DNA of 64,000 nucleotides from Calditrichia bacterium (GTDB lineage Bacteria; Calditrichota; Calditrichia; JAJRVZ01): NCBI GenBank assembly GCA_963796965.1, contig CAWCNS010000009.1, positions 288,001 to 352,000 of the forward strand, read 5' to 3'. Shown piece by piece: positions 32,895 to 45,676 of this stretch (position 1 is its first letter; each line of letters starts with the position of its first letter). The notes under the pieces were generated by a model. It saw only the letters and a program-made list of their open reading frames with translations, ran no database searches and was not told where the DNA came from. The position numbers and the translations under genes were made by a program.

Positions 32895-33376
32895 ACAATA
32901 GGTATAGATCTATGATTTTAAATCAAAATCTTAGAAAAGCAACATAACCATATTTTGGTCTTTTTTCCTTTTTCTTATTCTCTACGCCTCTGCATGAAAA
33001 AAACTAAACACAAAGCCCACAAAGAAGTCTCAAAGGACACTAAGGAAAGATTATTAATATTTAATTTCAGCTGGTATTAATCTATGGTCATAAACTATGA
33101 TCTAAGATAGGCAAATTCTAAAACCCTAGTAATCTTTTCTCTGTGTACTCTGCGCTCGTTGCGGCGCTGCGTGAAAAAGACTAAACACAATGAGCACAAA
33201 GAAGTCTCAAAGGGCACTAAGGAAAGATTACTAATATTTAATTTCAGCTGGTATTAATCTATGGTTATAAACTATGATCTAAGATAAGCAAATTATAAAA
33301 CCCTAGAATCTTTTCTCTGCGTTCTCTGCCTCTTTGCGCCTCTGCGTGAAAAAGCTAAACACAAAGCACATGAAGA
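32895..33376 (+). repeat. Tandem array of family A elements (~175-bp period)
   Basis: Left arms at 33005, 33182, 33356; near-identical cores ATTTCAGCTGGTATTAATCTATGG...AAGATA.GCAAATT.TAAAA. Confidence 0.95.
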
Positions 33377-33399
33377 AATATTTTGGTTCTAAATTCTAC

Positions 33400-33480
33400 T
33401 TGCCATTTGTAACAATCCTAATTACTTTATTATGTCTTCCTTCCTAATCTCTAATGCACACTGGTATCCTAACTGACTAT
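33400..33480 (+). promoter_or_regulatory. Sigma70-like promoter/leader module, copy 3
   Basis: TTGCCA-N17-TACTTT followed by TCCTTCCTAATCTCTAATGCA. Confidence 0.7.
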
Positions 33481-33573
33481 TTATTCTTCAGCACCACTTC
33501 TATACCAGGCCTATATACGGAAATCATATTATCTGCTATCAAAAAAAACAAAGTCAAATGGGAAAATCAATTC

Positions 33574-34442
33574 ATGTGTAAACAATATTCCTATTTAACC
33601 TGCCAAGGAATTCTTATTCTATGCCTACTCCTTGTTCTGGCGCTGCTAATGCAGGGTTGTTTTGGGAATAGTTCAAACCGCCGTGGAAAACTAAGTGACG
33701 CCATGGAAGAATCTTCTGATGATCACAAGGGTGAGCGAAAAGTGGATACGGAGCCTGATCCCGATTACGAGGAAGAAGATGATGATGATTATATTATGGG
33801 TTTGTCTGAAACCTCTAACGCCGTAGTCGAAGATGATTCACTTACCCCCTTTACCACTCCCGTGCTGACAGGACCAAAATTGGACTGGTTTACCATTGCC
33901 GGTGGAACCGGTTTGGTAAAAAATGAAGACTTCTATGGTTTTAATCACGGCAATCTGGCCATTGGTACCTTTTTCGCCGAGAAACATTATCTTGAGTTAC
34001 TGCCGGATTCAGTTGGTCGCCAGTACAAGAAACCAGCGTGCTTGATGAATCTCTTGATGGCGGGGTAACCTTACTTCAAATTGGTATAGGATATAAATAT
34101 TATCTGACACCCCGCTATACATTCATGGGTTTATATATCTGTGGCGGGTTAGGTTATGCTTATATGCGCTGGTCCTATAAGCATCCCTTTGAGGCCATGT
34201 CCTATGACGAATACGGATATGAACTAGGGATGGAGACGATTAGCAGCGATGGACTTTCTGGTTTTGAAATTTATACCGGGGTGGGACTCAACATCGTTCA
34301 AACAGAAAGATTTCAGATGGGTGGTGAGATTTTACCAGGTGCCATACTCTGGGGTGGCGAGACCTCGGAAGGCTTTGATAATGACGTCTTTGATAATTTT
34401 ACCTATACCAGGCTAAAAATTTTCCTCCGCTTTGGTTGGTAA
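33574..34442 (+). CDS. Putative lipoprotein with acidic linker and C-terminal outer-membrane beta-barrel; frameshift near 34000
   Basis: Hydrophobic stretch ending LMQGC; YEEEDDDD linker; alternating strands IGIGYKYYL, GGLGYAY; terminal LRFGW. Confidence 0.65.
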
Positions 34443-34756
34443 TGAAAAAGTGATCCACTCCGATCTGATCAACGATTTGGCAAACTATTTAAAAAAATAG
34501 GCTTTCAGAGTCAAAACATTCAATAATCCAATATCACATTACAATAATCCATCCTAAAAATTATTGCATTATATCAATAAAATTTAATATTTAGATTGTA
34601 TCCTTCCTCACAACAAATTAATCTGAACAATTATATTATGGTTTAGGGATTATTCTCAAAAAATAGGCATTAATCCTATCAAAGTTAGCGATTTGGACGA
34701 TGATATTACTTTAACTGAATATATTTGTCTGATCCTGCTAATACTGAGAAAGTTAA

Positions 34757-37700
34757 ATGAAACCCTTTAAATTTTTAATCCTGTTGATCTTTATAAGTCT
34801 TACGCAAGTCTATGCTGCTTTTCTTAAAGACATACCGCAGATACTTTTCCAGCCAAACGGTGATGTCCTTCATGTCTTTGCCACAGGCGATGAATTTTCT
34901 AACTGGCTGCATGATGAAAACGGTTTCGTTATCATACGAGATTCTCACAGCGGCTACTATGTCTATGCCGAACAAGTAAATTCTATAGTGGCACCCTCAG
35001 AACATATCGTCGGTCGGTCTGATCCCGCGCAACTTGGACTGGAACCCTTTACACCGCTTACACAGGATGAATACACGGAGGCGCGCAAAACATTCGGGCC
35101 AAACTCAGGGGCCGATCCCGGGAACATCGTAAATGCTCCGACTACGGGAACCCTGAATAACATCGTCATCTTTATTCGCTTTAATGATGATACTGAATTT
35201 ACAGATCAGATTTCTGTTTATGATCAGATGTTTAATTCCTCCACAAGCGGCGACAACTCCCTCTATAACTTTTTCAAAGAAGCATCCTATAATCAATTGG
35301 ATGTGCTTTCAACCAATTATCCGACTACAACAGGCAGTACCGTGATATCCTATCAGGATTCCTATAACAGAAATTATTACGAACCCTATGATGCCATACA
35401 GAATCCAACTGGCTATGACGGATCTACTGAGAGAAGAGTCCGGGAACATGCCTTGTTACAGAATGCCGTAAATGCTGTTTCTTCTCAGATCCCAGCAAAT
35501 TTAAATGTAGATGGCGATAATGATGATTATGTGGATAATGTTGTCTTTATCGTCTATGGTGATGCAAATGGCTGGTCTAACTTACTGTGGCCCCATAAGT
35601 GGGCTCTCTATACCTATGATGTCAGAATAAACGGCAAACGGGTATGGGAATATAATTTCCAGTTACAGATCCATTTGGGGGGATCTGGCGTTGGTGTTTT
35701 ATGCCACGAAATGTTTCATTCCCTGGGCGCCCCTGATCTCTATGTCTATCCAAGCGAACAGCCAACCGACTATTGGCTGCCTGTGGGTCCCTGGGATCTT
35801 ATGGCCTATACACCAAATCCACCGGTGCATATGGGTGCCTATATGAAATACCAATATGGTAACTGGATTACCAGCATCCCCGAGATTACAACTTCCGGTA
35901 CATATGCGTTAAATCCTCTGACCGATGTCTCGGATAATTGTTATAAAATCCAATCGCCGAATACACCCTCTGAATATTTTGTTTTAGAATACCGCAACGA
36001 ATGGATGGATGTTTTTGAAGGCAGCTTGCCCGGATCGGGATTGTTGGTTTATAGGATTAATGAAGGGCAGGAGAATAAAACCGGTCCCCTATTTGAGGTC
36101 TATATTTATCGCCCCGATGGTACGCTAAACGCACGGGGGGATATCTTATACGGCAAATTTTAATGCTGAATCGGGAAGAACGGCAATTAATGATACAACT
36201 AATCCGGACTGTTTTCTTTCCGATGGCACTGCCGGTGGACTACAAATTTCAAATATCGGTCCAGTAGGAGCAGCCATCTCTTTCGATGTGATCATCCCTG
36301 GCTCCCCTTTTCTTGAAGTTGATTCTTCTGCAATCACTCTCGCAGCAGCAACCAATAGTCAGAACAGTTTTGGAATCTCTTCAAATATTGACTGGATCGT
36401 CTCTGAAAATGAACCCTGGTTTGAGGTTTCTCCCGTCAATGGATCTGACAATGCTAGCATAATTGCTACAGCAACCAGCGAAAATACAGATCCTGAATCA
36501 CGCTCCGGAACGATCATAATTAGTGGATCCGGTATTTCAGATACAGTTGTCGTTTCCCAATTGGGAACACCGATTTCTTCCACAGAAGTAACCATAACAA
36601 CCCTACCTTCGGAACTGCAGATCAGCGTGGATGGGGTCACCTATACAGCACCGCAAACATTCAGCTGGCAACCCGAATCAATACATAGCATCGGCGTTAT
36701 CTCACCCCAGGGCAATGATTCCACACGCTATCTCTATACCAGCTGGAGTGATGGCGGGGAGCAGACCCATGACATAACAACCCCATCGAATGCGACAACT
36801 TATACTGCTAAATTTTGAGAACGAATATTATCTGACCATGACTGCCGGTGAAGGTGGCTCGGTCACACCGGCCAGCGGTTGGCAAAAGGATGCTGCCCAG
36901 GTTCAGATTGAATCCACAATCAATTCCGGTTTCTACTTCATTGGCTGGACCGGAGCTGGTAATGGATCCTATACGGGTATAAATAATCCGGCAACGATTA
37001 CCATGAATGGTCCCGTATCAGAAAGTGCAGATTTCTCACCCATGAGCGGTATTACGGTGGCAACTTCCCCATCGGGATTGCAGATCAGCGTGGATGGGAT
37101 CACCTATACAGCACCACAGACTTTCAGCTGGCAACCTGAATCCAGTCATTCTATTGGCGTGGTCTCGCCCCAGGGAAATGATTCCACACGCTATCTCTAT
37201 ACCAGCTGGAGTGATGGCGGGGACCAGACCCATAACATAACAACTCCTTCAAATGCGACAACTTACACTGCTAACTTTGAAACCGAATACTATCTGACCA
37301 TGAATGCCGGGGAAGGTGGCGCGGTCACACCGGTCAGCGGCTGGCAAAAGGATGCTGCCCAGGTTCAGATCGAAGCAACAGTTAATTCAGGGTCCTACTT
37401 TGTTGGCTGGACCGGAGTTGGCAATGGATCCTATACGGGTATAAATAATCCGGCAACAATTACCATGAATGGCCCTGTATCAGAAAGTGCAGATTTCTCA
37501 CCCATGAGCGGTATTACGGTGGCAACTTCCCCATCGGGATTGCAGATCAGCGTGGATGGTGTCACGTACACGGCACCGCAAACATTCAGTTGGCAACCCG
37601 ATTCGCCTCATTCCATTGGCGTGGTCTCGCCCCAGGGAAATGATTCCACACGCTATCTCTATACCAGCTGGAGTGATGGCGGGGACCAGACCCATGACAT

Positions 37701-38549
37701 TACAACACCATCGAATGCGACAACTTACACTGCCAATTTTGAGACCGAATATTACCTAACCATGAATGCCGGTGAAGGCGGCGCGGTCACACCGGTCAGC
37801 GGTTGGCAAAAGAACGCGGCCCAGGTTCAGATTGAATCCACGGTTAATTCCGGGTTCTACTTCATTGGCTGGACCGGCTCCGGCAATGGATCCTATACAG
37901 GTAGTAACAATCCGGCCAGCATCACTATGAATGGACCTTTAAAGGAAACAGCTACATTTGCCGCTATTGTCGGGAATATAACGGTTAATTATCCCAATGG
38001 CGGCGAAGAATGGAATATGGGAGAAACGGTGGAAATTCGCTGGAACTCCGAAAATGTTGAGCGGGTAGATATTTACTTTAGTATCAACAATGGCACAAAT
38101 TGGTCGCTTATCGCTGAAGATACATTATCAACGGGATTAATTGAATGGTCCGTTTCAGGTACCGCTTCAACTCATTGTCTGATTAGGATTGATGATAGCA
38201 AGAATGATACTTTCTCAGACTGAGTGACGGAATTTTCACGATAAAGGAATCTGTCAACAACATTATTACAGAAAAGACATTACCTAATACCGTAACCTTA
38301 GCACAAAATTATCCTAATCCTTTTAATCCCAGTACCACAATAAGATACACGATTCCAGAAAGGACATTTGTCAGCCTTAAGATTTATGATTATATGGGAA
38401 AGGAAATTGCCAACCCGGTGGAAGAGTTAAAAAATCGCGGAGAATTCCAGGTTCATTTTAATTCAAATAACCTATCATCGGGAATTTACATTTACATTCT
38501 GCGGGCAGGAAATGCCGTAAAAATCAAAAAAATGATTCTGATTAAATAA
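34757..38549 (+). CDS. M6 (immune inhibitor A-like) metalloprotease with BACON, three InlB-B-like repeats and C-terminal sorting domain; frameshifts near 36150, 36810, 38222
   Basis: GDEF propeptide, LWPHKW, zinc motif HEMFHSLGAPDLY, WDLM, EYFVLEYR; YPNGGE domain; QNYPNPFNP...KKMILIK in final frame. Confidence 0.9.
36590..37965 (+). repeat. Three intragenic ~462-bp tandem repeats
   Basis: CAGATCAGCGTGGATGG at 36618, 37081, 37543. Confidence 0.95.
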
Positions 38550-38860
38550 GGATTACAAAATTTACCTCATAACTACTTCAACTTTTTTGATAAATGAGAT
38601 CATGAAATAAACCTGTCCTGACGACAGGTCAGGATTCAGGATGACCTAAACGTCATTCTGAACTTGTTTCAGAATCTAATAACAAATAACTATCATATTC
38701 TTTCTCAAATTTAAATTCACCTCAATTGAATCTATTCGAAAAAGTCACTAAAATCTACTGACAGAAAATTTGATCCAATACCTCCATTTAATATATAGTT
38801 TTGTTATGGTGGATCGAATCATTCCCGTATTATCTATTGACTAAATTCAGGAGAAATAAA

Positions 38861-40957
38861 ATGAAACGTATCATTTCCGCCTTAGTTGTCCTTCAGCTAT
38901 TTTTCACCGGGACGGATAAACTTTCTGCTGATGATACCTTTGCCGTCAACTTTTTTTACCAGCCACCGGAATGGCAAACAGCTATATGCCTGCCGGACGA
39001 TCCGCATAAATCCCTCGTCGATAAAAGCGGTGAACTGCTTTACCATTACAGAAAAGGTAATCGTGAATTCGGTACACGACTCTCTGTGGAAGTAAGCGGT
39101 GATCTTGTCTGGCGGAGACAGGAACTGGAATCGCCACGCATTCCCATAGTTAAAACCTTCCAGACAGCTGAAGGCGTGGAAATTATCCAGGAGGCCTTTG
39201 CCGTCACTGGCGGATTAAAACCTTCATCATCCGCTCAGCTGATCACTGATGATCCGCCGCGAAACGACATAATTCTTGTCCATATCACGAACACCAGTAA
39301 GGTTACACATACATTCCACCCACGCTTAATTGTGAACACAGAACTGGGTCTGGACCTTGATAATCAGCGCCTAATTGTCAACAACCACGAAACCATAACC
39401 TCCTCGCTTAAGATCACCGAAATGACAGACAGAATACAGGTACAGCTCGAATCGATAACCATACCTGCCGGAGAAACCAATCGTTTTTTTGTGCTTTATA
39501 GCAGCGGTGAACCGATTGTGATCAAGCCGAGCACAGTTCAACAGGCCCAGGTCTGCCGCGATGAGGCGGTGACCTATTGGAAAGAAGCCCCCTTACCATA
39601 TGGGCGAATTGAGGTGCCTGATACGGGAATTCAGGGATTGATTGATGCCGCCATTCGCAATATTTGGCAGGCACGGGAGATCAAAAAGGGTCTCCCTGCC
39701 TTTCAGGTGGGACCGACCTGCTATCGCGGATTATGGATCGTGGATGGTGCTTTTCTTTTGGAAGCGGCGACGATTCTTGGCGCTGGCCAGGAGGCGCGCA
39801 ATGGTGTGGCTTATGAACTCACGTACCAGCAGCCGGATGGCCGTATTCAGGTTATGAAGGATTTTTCTAAAGAAAACGGTATCGTGCTTTGGACCTGTGT
39901 GCGACAGGCACAACTCACCCAGGACAAGGTTTGGCTGAGATCTGTTTGGCCAAAACTTGAAAGAATTGCAGAGCATATCAAAACCCTCCGCAAGGAGACA
40001 CTTACAAATGAATCAGCTGTTGATGATGGTCTTCTACCGGCCGGGTTTTCTGACGGAGGTGTTGGTGGTATCAACGATGAACATACCAACTCTTACTGGA
40101 ATTTATTAGGTTTACATGCATTCATTCAAGGTGCATATTGGCTTGGACAGACGGAAGAGGCCCAGGAATGGCAGAAGGAATATGATGACTTTATGGACAC
40201 CTTCCGCAAAGCCGCCACACGTGATAGTCGTACCGATCCCTATGGTAACCGCTATCTGCCCATTCGCATGGATGGTGAGGATTTACCACAACGCGGACAG
40301 TGGGCATTCTGTCACGCCGTTTATCCGGGTCAGATATTTGATAAAAATGATCCTCTGGTGGCAGGGAACCTGGCTATGCTTGCCGCAACTGAACGCGAGG
40401 GTATGGTGTATGGTACCGGTTGGGATGCCACCGGAATCTGGAATTATTTTGCCTCTTTTTATGGCCACGCCTGGTTATGGCAGGGGGATGGAAAAAAAGC
40501 TACACAATTACTTTACGCCTTTGCCAACCATGCATCTCCCATGCTGGTCTGGCGGGAAGAACAATCTCTAAAAGGTGAGAAATTCAAAAAAGTCGGCGAT
40601 ATGCCCCATAACTGGGCCAGCGCCGAATTTATCCGATTAGCCGTCCATTTGTTGGCATTAGATCGCGGTGATGAGATGCATCTCTTCGAGGGCTTGCCTG
40701 GGACCTGGACACAGCCCGGTATGACCACTAGACTTACCGGTATTAACACCCCCTTCGGCCCGTTGACATTAGAATTGACAATCACAGCTGACGGCAAAAC
40801 GTCCAATCTCATTGTGGAACCGCTGGATGCGTCGGTCTGCAAACGTATCGTCGTGCATCTGGGCGAATGGGCTAGTTCAGATAAATCCGCCACAATTGAA
40901 CTTGATCCACACCAACCACAGTCACTACAAATTCCGATCAGCCTCAAATTCGATTGA
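38861..40957 (+). CDS. Secreted (alpha/alpha)6-barrel glycoside hydrolase-like protein
   Basis: RBS AGGAG, signal peptide; QVGPTCYRGLWIVDG, WREEQ, GDMPHNWASAEF. Confidence 0.75.
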   Translation: MKRIISALVVLQLFFTGTDKLSADDTFAVNFFYQPPEWQTAICLPDDPHKSLVDKSGELLYHYRKGNREFGTRLSVEVSGDLVWRRQELESPRIPIVKTFQTAEGVEIIQEAFAVTGGLKPSSSAQLITDDPPRNDIILVHITNTSKVTHTFHPRLIVNTELGLDLDNQRLIVNNHETITSSLKITEMTDRIQVQLESITIPAGETNRFFVLYSSGEPIVIKPSTVQQAQVCRDEAVTYWKEAPLPYGRIEVPDTGIQGLIDAAIRNIWQAREIKKGLPAFQVGPTCYRGLWIVDGAFLLEAATILGAGQEARNGVAYELTYQQPDGRIQVMKDFSKENGIVLWTCVRQAQLTQDKVWLRSVWPKLERIAEHIKTLRKETLTNESAVDDGLLPAGFSDGGVGGINDEHTNSYWNLLGLHAFIQGAYWLGQTEEAQEWQKEYDDFMDTFRKAATRDSRTDPYGNRYLPIRMDGEDLPQRGQWAFCHAVYPGQIFDKNDPLVAGNLAMLAATEREGMVYGTGWDATGIWNYFASFYGHAWLWQGDGKKATQLLYAFANHASPMLVWREEQSLKGEKFKKVGDMPHNWASAEFIRLAVHLLALDRGDEMHLFEGLPGTWTQPGMTTRLTGINTPFGPLTLELTITADGKTSNLIVEPLDASVCKRIVVHLGEWASSDKSATIELDPHQPQSLQIPISLKFD

Positions 40958-40979
40958 GGATGGATAGCGGTTCTAGGTG

Positions 40980-41160
40980 GAAAAAGATAAACACAAAGGG
41001 CACAAAGAAGGCTCAAAGGTCACTAAGAAAGGATATTTATATATCTCGGTTAACAGAGATCTATGGTTTCAAAATATAATTTAGGATTAGAAAGATCTAA
41101 AACCCTAAAATCTTTTCTCTGCGAACTTTGCGCTCGCTGCGGCTCTGCGTGAAAAAAACT
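40980..41160 (+). repeat. Family A element
   Basis: TAAACACAAAGGGCACAAAG arm, ATCTCGGTTA core, AGATCTAAAACCCTAAAATC, right arm CTCTGCGTGAAAAAA. Confidence 0.9.
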
Positions 41161-41190
41161 TTACACTTACCACATAATCAAGGACAATCT

Positions 41191-42543
41191 ATGATATTTT
41201 CAAAAATCCGAAAATTCTTTGCACCAGATCCTCACATCGATCGCGTGCCAGAGACAGAAGTTAATCGTCTGTATAAAAAGTATCGCTGGAGTACACTTGA
41301 ATCCACCTTTATGGGCTACGCAATTTTCTACCTGGTTCGTAATAATTTATCTACAGTAGCCAAAGACATACAGGGTGCACTTCAATATGATTACAATATG
41401 ATCGGAAATATCCTCGCTATAAGTGCTATTGCATACGGCCTGGGAAAATTTTTGATGGGTTCCTTATCCGATCGAAGTAATCCCAGAAAATTTATGGCTA
41501 CCGGTCTCTTATTAACCGCCATCTGCAATTTTGCCTTCGGAAATGTTGAGAATTATACCATTCATTTACTCTTATGGGCCTTGAATGGTTTTATTCAGGG
41601 CATGGGTTGGCCTCCCTGTGGACGATCTATCGGGCATTGGTTTAGTATGCGAGAGCGGGGATCTTATTTCGCGATCTGGAATGTTGCACACAATATTGGA
41701 GGCGGTCTGGCAGGTATACTAGCAGCAACTGCTGCAGCTCATTATGGTTGGCAGGCGGCATTTTTCTTTCCCGGGGTTATCGCCATGATAGGCTCTATTT
41801 ATCTCTATTGGCGATTGCGGGACACCCCACAGTCTGTGGGACTACCTTCTGTCGAAGAATATAGAAATGATTATCCTGAAGGTGAACTACAGCATGGTCT
41901 GCACGAGAAAGAACTGAGCACAAAAGAATTATTTATTGATAATATATTAAAAAACAAATACCTGTGGATTGTCGCTGCCGCAAATTTTTTCGTTTATATT
42001 GTCCGTTACAGCATGCTTGATTGGGGACCGACCTATCTTAGGGAAGTCAAGGGTGCGACATTAGCCGGTGGTGGCATCGCCATTCTAATTATTGAGTTTG
42101 GCGGGATCCCTTCCACGCTTCTTATGGGTTGGCTTTCTGATAAAGTGGGCGGACGGCGGGGAATGATCAGCCTTTTATGTATGATCCCTATCTTTTTTGC
42201 CTTTGCAGGTATTTATTTAAATCCTCCTGGAAACCTATGGTTGGACATGACATTTCTGGCCATTATTGGCTTCTTTATCTATCCGCCGGTTATGTTGCTT
42301 GGGGTTTATGGGCTTGACCTTACCTCAAAAAAAGCTGTAGGCACAGCCGCTGGTTTTATCGGATTGTTCGGATATGTTGGAAGAACTGTCCAGGCTAAAG
42401 GATTTGGCTGGATGGTGGATCACTTTGGTGCTCTTCATGGGGCTGATGTGGGATGGAATCTTGTCATCGTTGCCATTCTTGGTTGCACCCTTATTGCAAT
42501 GATACTGTTGGCTTTTACCTGGAACCTCAAACCCAAGGCATAA
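41191..42543 (+). CDS. MFS organophosphate:Pi antiporter (GlpT/PgtP family)
   Basis: [60 protein letters not shown]. Confidence 0.92.
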   Translation: MIFSKIRKFFAPDPHIDRVPETEVNRLYKKYRWSTLESTFMGYAIFYLVRNNLSTVAKDIQGALQYDYNMIGNILAISAIAYGLGKFLMGSLSDRSNPRKFMATGLLLTAICNFAFGNVENYTIHLLLWALNGFIQGMGWPPCGRSIGHWFSMRERGSYFAIWNVAHNIGGGLAGILAATAAAHYGWQAAFFFPGVIAMIGSIYLYWRLRDTPQSVGLPSVEEYRNDYPEGELQHGLHEKELSTKELFIDNILKNKYLWIVAAANFFVYIVRYSMLDWGPTYLREVKGATLAGGGIAILIIEFGGIPSTLLMGWLSDKVGGRRGMISLLCMIPIFFAFAGIYLNPPGNLWLDMTFLAIIGFFIYPPVMLLGVYGLDLTSKKAVGTAAGFIGLFGYVGRTVQAKGFGWMVDHFGALHGADVGWNLVIVAILGCTLIAMILLAFTWNLKPKA

Positions 42544-42544
42544 G

Positions 42545-42915
42545 AAAAATATAAACACAAAGAGCGCAAAGAATTCTCAAAGGGCACTAAGAAAAGATTA
42601 TTTTTATTTATTAAATCTCGGCTGGTATAGATCTATAATTTTAAATTATAATCTAAGATAAGCAAGATCTACAACCCTAAAATCTTCTCTTAAGGTTCTC
42701 CGCGTCTTAGCGTCTCTGCGCGAGAAAAAGATTAAACACAAAGGACACAAAGTAGGCACTAAGATCACAAAGAAAAGATAGTATATCCTTTTTTATTTTT
42801 CGGCTAGTGGGAGTATAGGGCTTTATTAAATAATTTAGGATAAGCAAGATCCAAAACCATAAAATTTTTTTGATTTTCTCTGTGTCCTTTGTGCCTTCTT
42901 TGTGAACTTTGTGGT
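42545..42915 (+). repeat. Two tandem family A elements between convergent genes
   Basis: Left arms at 42552 and 42733; last right arm TTTTCTCTGTGTCCTTTGTGCCTTCTTTGTG is the reverse complement of the left-arm type. Confidence 0.95.
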
Positions 42916-42928
42916 AATCTTTTAAATT

Positions 42929-45539
42929 CTACCCGTTCGACGGCCACCACTCTGGATCGGCCGGTTTAATAATTCCCTCTTCAATAGCGATGGCATACAT
43001 GGGACCAAAACAGCCGATGAGCGTCCCTTCATACCCGGTGGGAAGACCTTCCCATGAACGAAATTCATGACCGGTGCGATTCCCCCCATTAAAAACTCCG
43101 GCAGCGTATCCATGCGTCAATTCATCAATCGTCTTTTTTATGTTTTCTTTATGGCCATATTGCGACAAAGCTCTTAGATAATATGTCCCTGGCCAGCCAC
43201 TCAGACTACCATCGGTATAGGTCTCAAATGTCGGATTTTTATTTTCAAATATCTTAGCCAACATTTGGTCTTCTTCACGAATGGGCAAAAGATTACAGGG
43301 CAATCCCATCTGTGCGTTTGGTGGGCCAACCTCTTCCCGTTTTAATTCTAAGGCAGTAAGCGCCTTTTGGGCCGGATTTTTATCAAGAAGTCCAAATGCG
43401 AGGGCCACACCGTTCACCCAGATAAAAGCGTAATCATGAAGCTGACCATCACGACTGCGCCAACCGGCGACCCATCCTGTTTCCGGATTGAGGAGAGATG
43501 ACGAATAATTTGCCCGAAGATTTTTGGCTGCCTGCCGGCATTTTTGTACAAGATCATGATGCTGCGTAAGGTCATCCAGCATGGCTGCCGCATTCCGGAA
43601 ACCGCGATAGGCCCAGGCATTAACATAGCCATCAATATGACCAAAACCCACCACATCCATGGAATTGGAACTCCAGCGGTACGAGCCCGAATTGCCACTA
43701 AGATCGCTACAGACCATCATACCATTCTCACCAATCAGAGAAAGCATACGTTTTACAATTTCAACAATTCCGGATTCAATCTTTTTTAACCATTTAATAT
43801 CCGGATCTGCCTGATGAATGCGTCCTGCTGCCGAGAGAAGGACAGGATCAGAGTCCAGATAGAGGCTTCGCCAGTACCCGTACCCACCCCCATCCAACAA
43901 GGCTTTTCCAATCGTAAACCGGGCAAGATCGAGGGGATCTGGCCCATTGACGGGTTTCTTTGTATTAGCTGCAATTTCTATCGGCGGTCCCTGGGATAAA
44001 TGACAATTCGTTGAAATAGAATGATTAGAGAACCCACGATATTCGGGCCTGAAACATGAGAAGACAGTTCCCCAATGTTTTTTCAACCCATCGCTTGGTT
44101 GGGGCGCATCTGCTACTTCATCCGGCTGGAAGTTTTCAAGTGCGAACTCAAATTTAGCATGTTTCTCACCTTTCGGTACCACCTGACAATGATTCTCTCC
44201 GGGATGTTTCCCGAAAACAATCCCCCCGGTCAAACAATTTTCATCACGATAGCTTTCCACCTGCATGCGTATCTCATCCGGATTACCTCGAACCAAACGC
44301 TGTGAAAGGCTTCCATTCCCATCACTGGCCCATAGGGCCGGAAGAGTCACATCACCATTTCGTCCGGATTTCTGAGTGGGCATCCCTGCCAGACCGGTGA
44401 TACCCTTTTTAATATTCCAGGCCAACCGCCAGCAATCTGCTTCTATTACCGGGATAGTTTGATCGCTGTTTTGATTCAATTCGATACTAAAGTGATCACT
44501 TTCCACTGTAAATATGGCATCAATTTTTAATCCTTCAATGGTCCGCAAATTAGAATAAATAATTCTATTGCCGTCAATAGACACTTCTCCTGTCCAGAGA
44601 TGGGGTGGATAATCATTATACAAGGTACGCAACAGAGGGCCACTCACCCCTCCCATTTTTTTATCCATTCGTGACTGTCTGGAAACAAAGAGACGGTTCG
44701 TAGCCACACCCTCATCTCCTATAATATCCCATCCCAAATGCATCAATACCGGACGATTCAAACTGAAGCCAATTGATAAGTGCCTACCCTTAAAAAGGAT
44801 CATATCCGGTAAATCAATAACTTCCATCCCTTTTGGTGCTTTGGGATTTATATTTCTTTGTTTCAAAATGGGATGATAATCCACATTCACCAACGGATCG
44901 CCGAGGGGTTTCCCCAGGGCCGTTAGTTTATTCAGAATTCCAAAGGGCACATTATAAATGCCACCATTACATTCCCCATGATTCGACCACACGGGATGTT
45001 CACGATCACAGATAACACGCAGATGATTTGTTTTAAGATCCTCCAATGGAATTCTTAACGGCCGCTCCTTCAATAATTTTTCAAAATGGGCATCCATTTT
45101 AACTTCACTCATGTCCTGTGAAAGTCCTTCCCCCTTTATTTTAGGATCATAGGGTAAATCCACGTCCTTTATAGTCTGCCATTCAAGGGATTGAGGATTA
45201 AGTGTGGCAATCGTGATATGGGCAGGATGGGTTGGCACTTTTGGTACCCACCTGCCGTAGACCAAACGGTCAAGTTCTAAATGGTCCAGAGTCACAGGTC
45301 TGCCAAATCGAAGATAGCGGATACACTGTTTGACCATTCACTTCAGTGTTCAGACGCGGATGGTGCATGCGTTGAATCCCGCCATGGGTTATTGCGTAAT
45401 CAGTCAGCGGTTCAAAATTGGTTACTTTCATAGTCTTCTCATTATTTGTTTGGGATTTTGCATTTTTGGGTAATGCTGCTGCACCGGTAGCGGTCACAAC
45501 CGTTTTTAAAAAATAGCGCCGATTGACTTTCAACTTCAT
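42929..45539 (-). CDS. Tat-exported protein with C-terminal (alpha/alpha)6 glycoside hydrolase-like domain; frameshift near 45340
   Basis: RBS GGAGG; twin-arginine signal MKLKVNRRYFLK...AKS; C-terminal DGYVNAWAY, GWRSRDG, YTDG, YEG helical region. Confidence 0.7.
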
Positions 45540-45655
45540 CCGTCTACCTCCTGAAGGCATTTTTATATAGGTTGGAACTTTATTGGTGGTATGTTATATC
45601 GAATATATGGTGAGTGGTGAAAGTATGCAAATGGAAAATCGCTCGATACATTATG

Positions 45656-45671
45656 TGCCAACTTTGTGCCA
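45656..45671 (-). promoter_or_regulatory. Candidate sigma54 promoter for the Tat-exported gene
   Basis: Minus strand TGGCAC-AAAGT-TGGCA keeps the GG(-24) and GC(-12) spacing. Confidence 0.45.
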
Positions 45672-45676
45672 CTGTG

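Noticed and set aside
41128..41190. N-terminal extension of the MFS transporter
   Set aside because: It derives from the family A right arm; the ATG at 41191 after AAGGA is the better start
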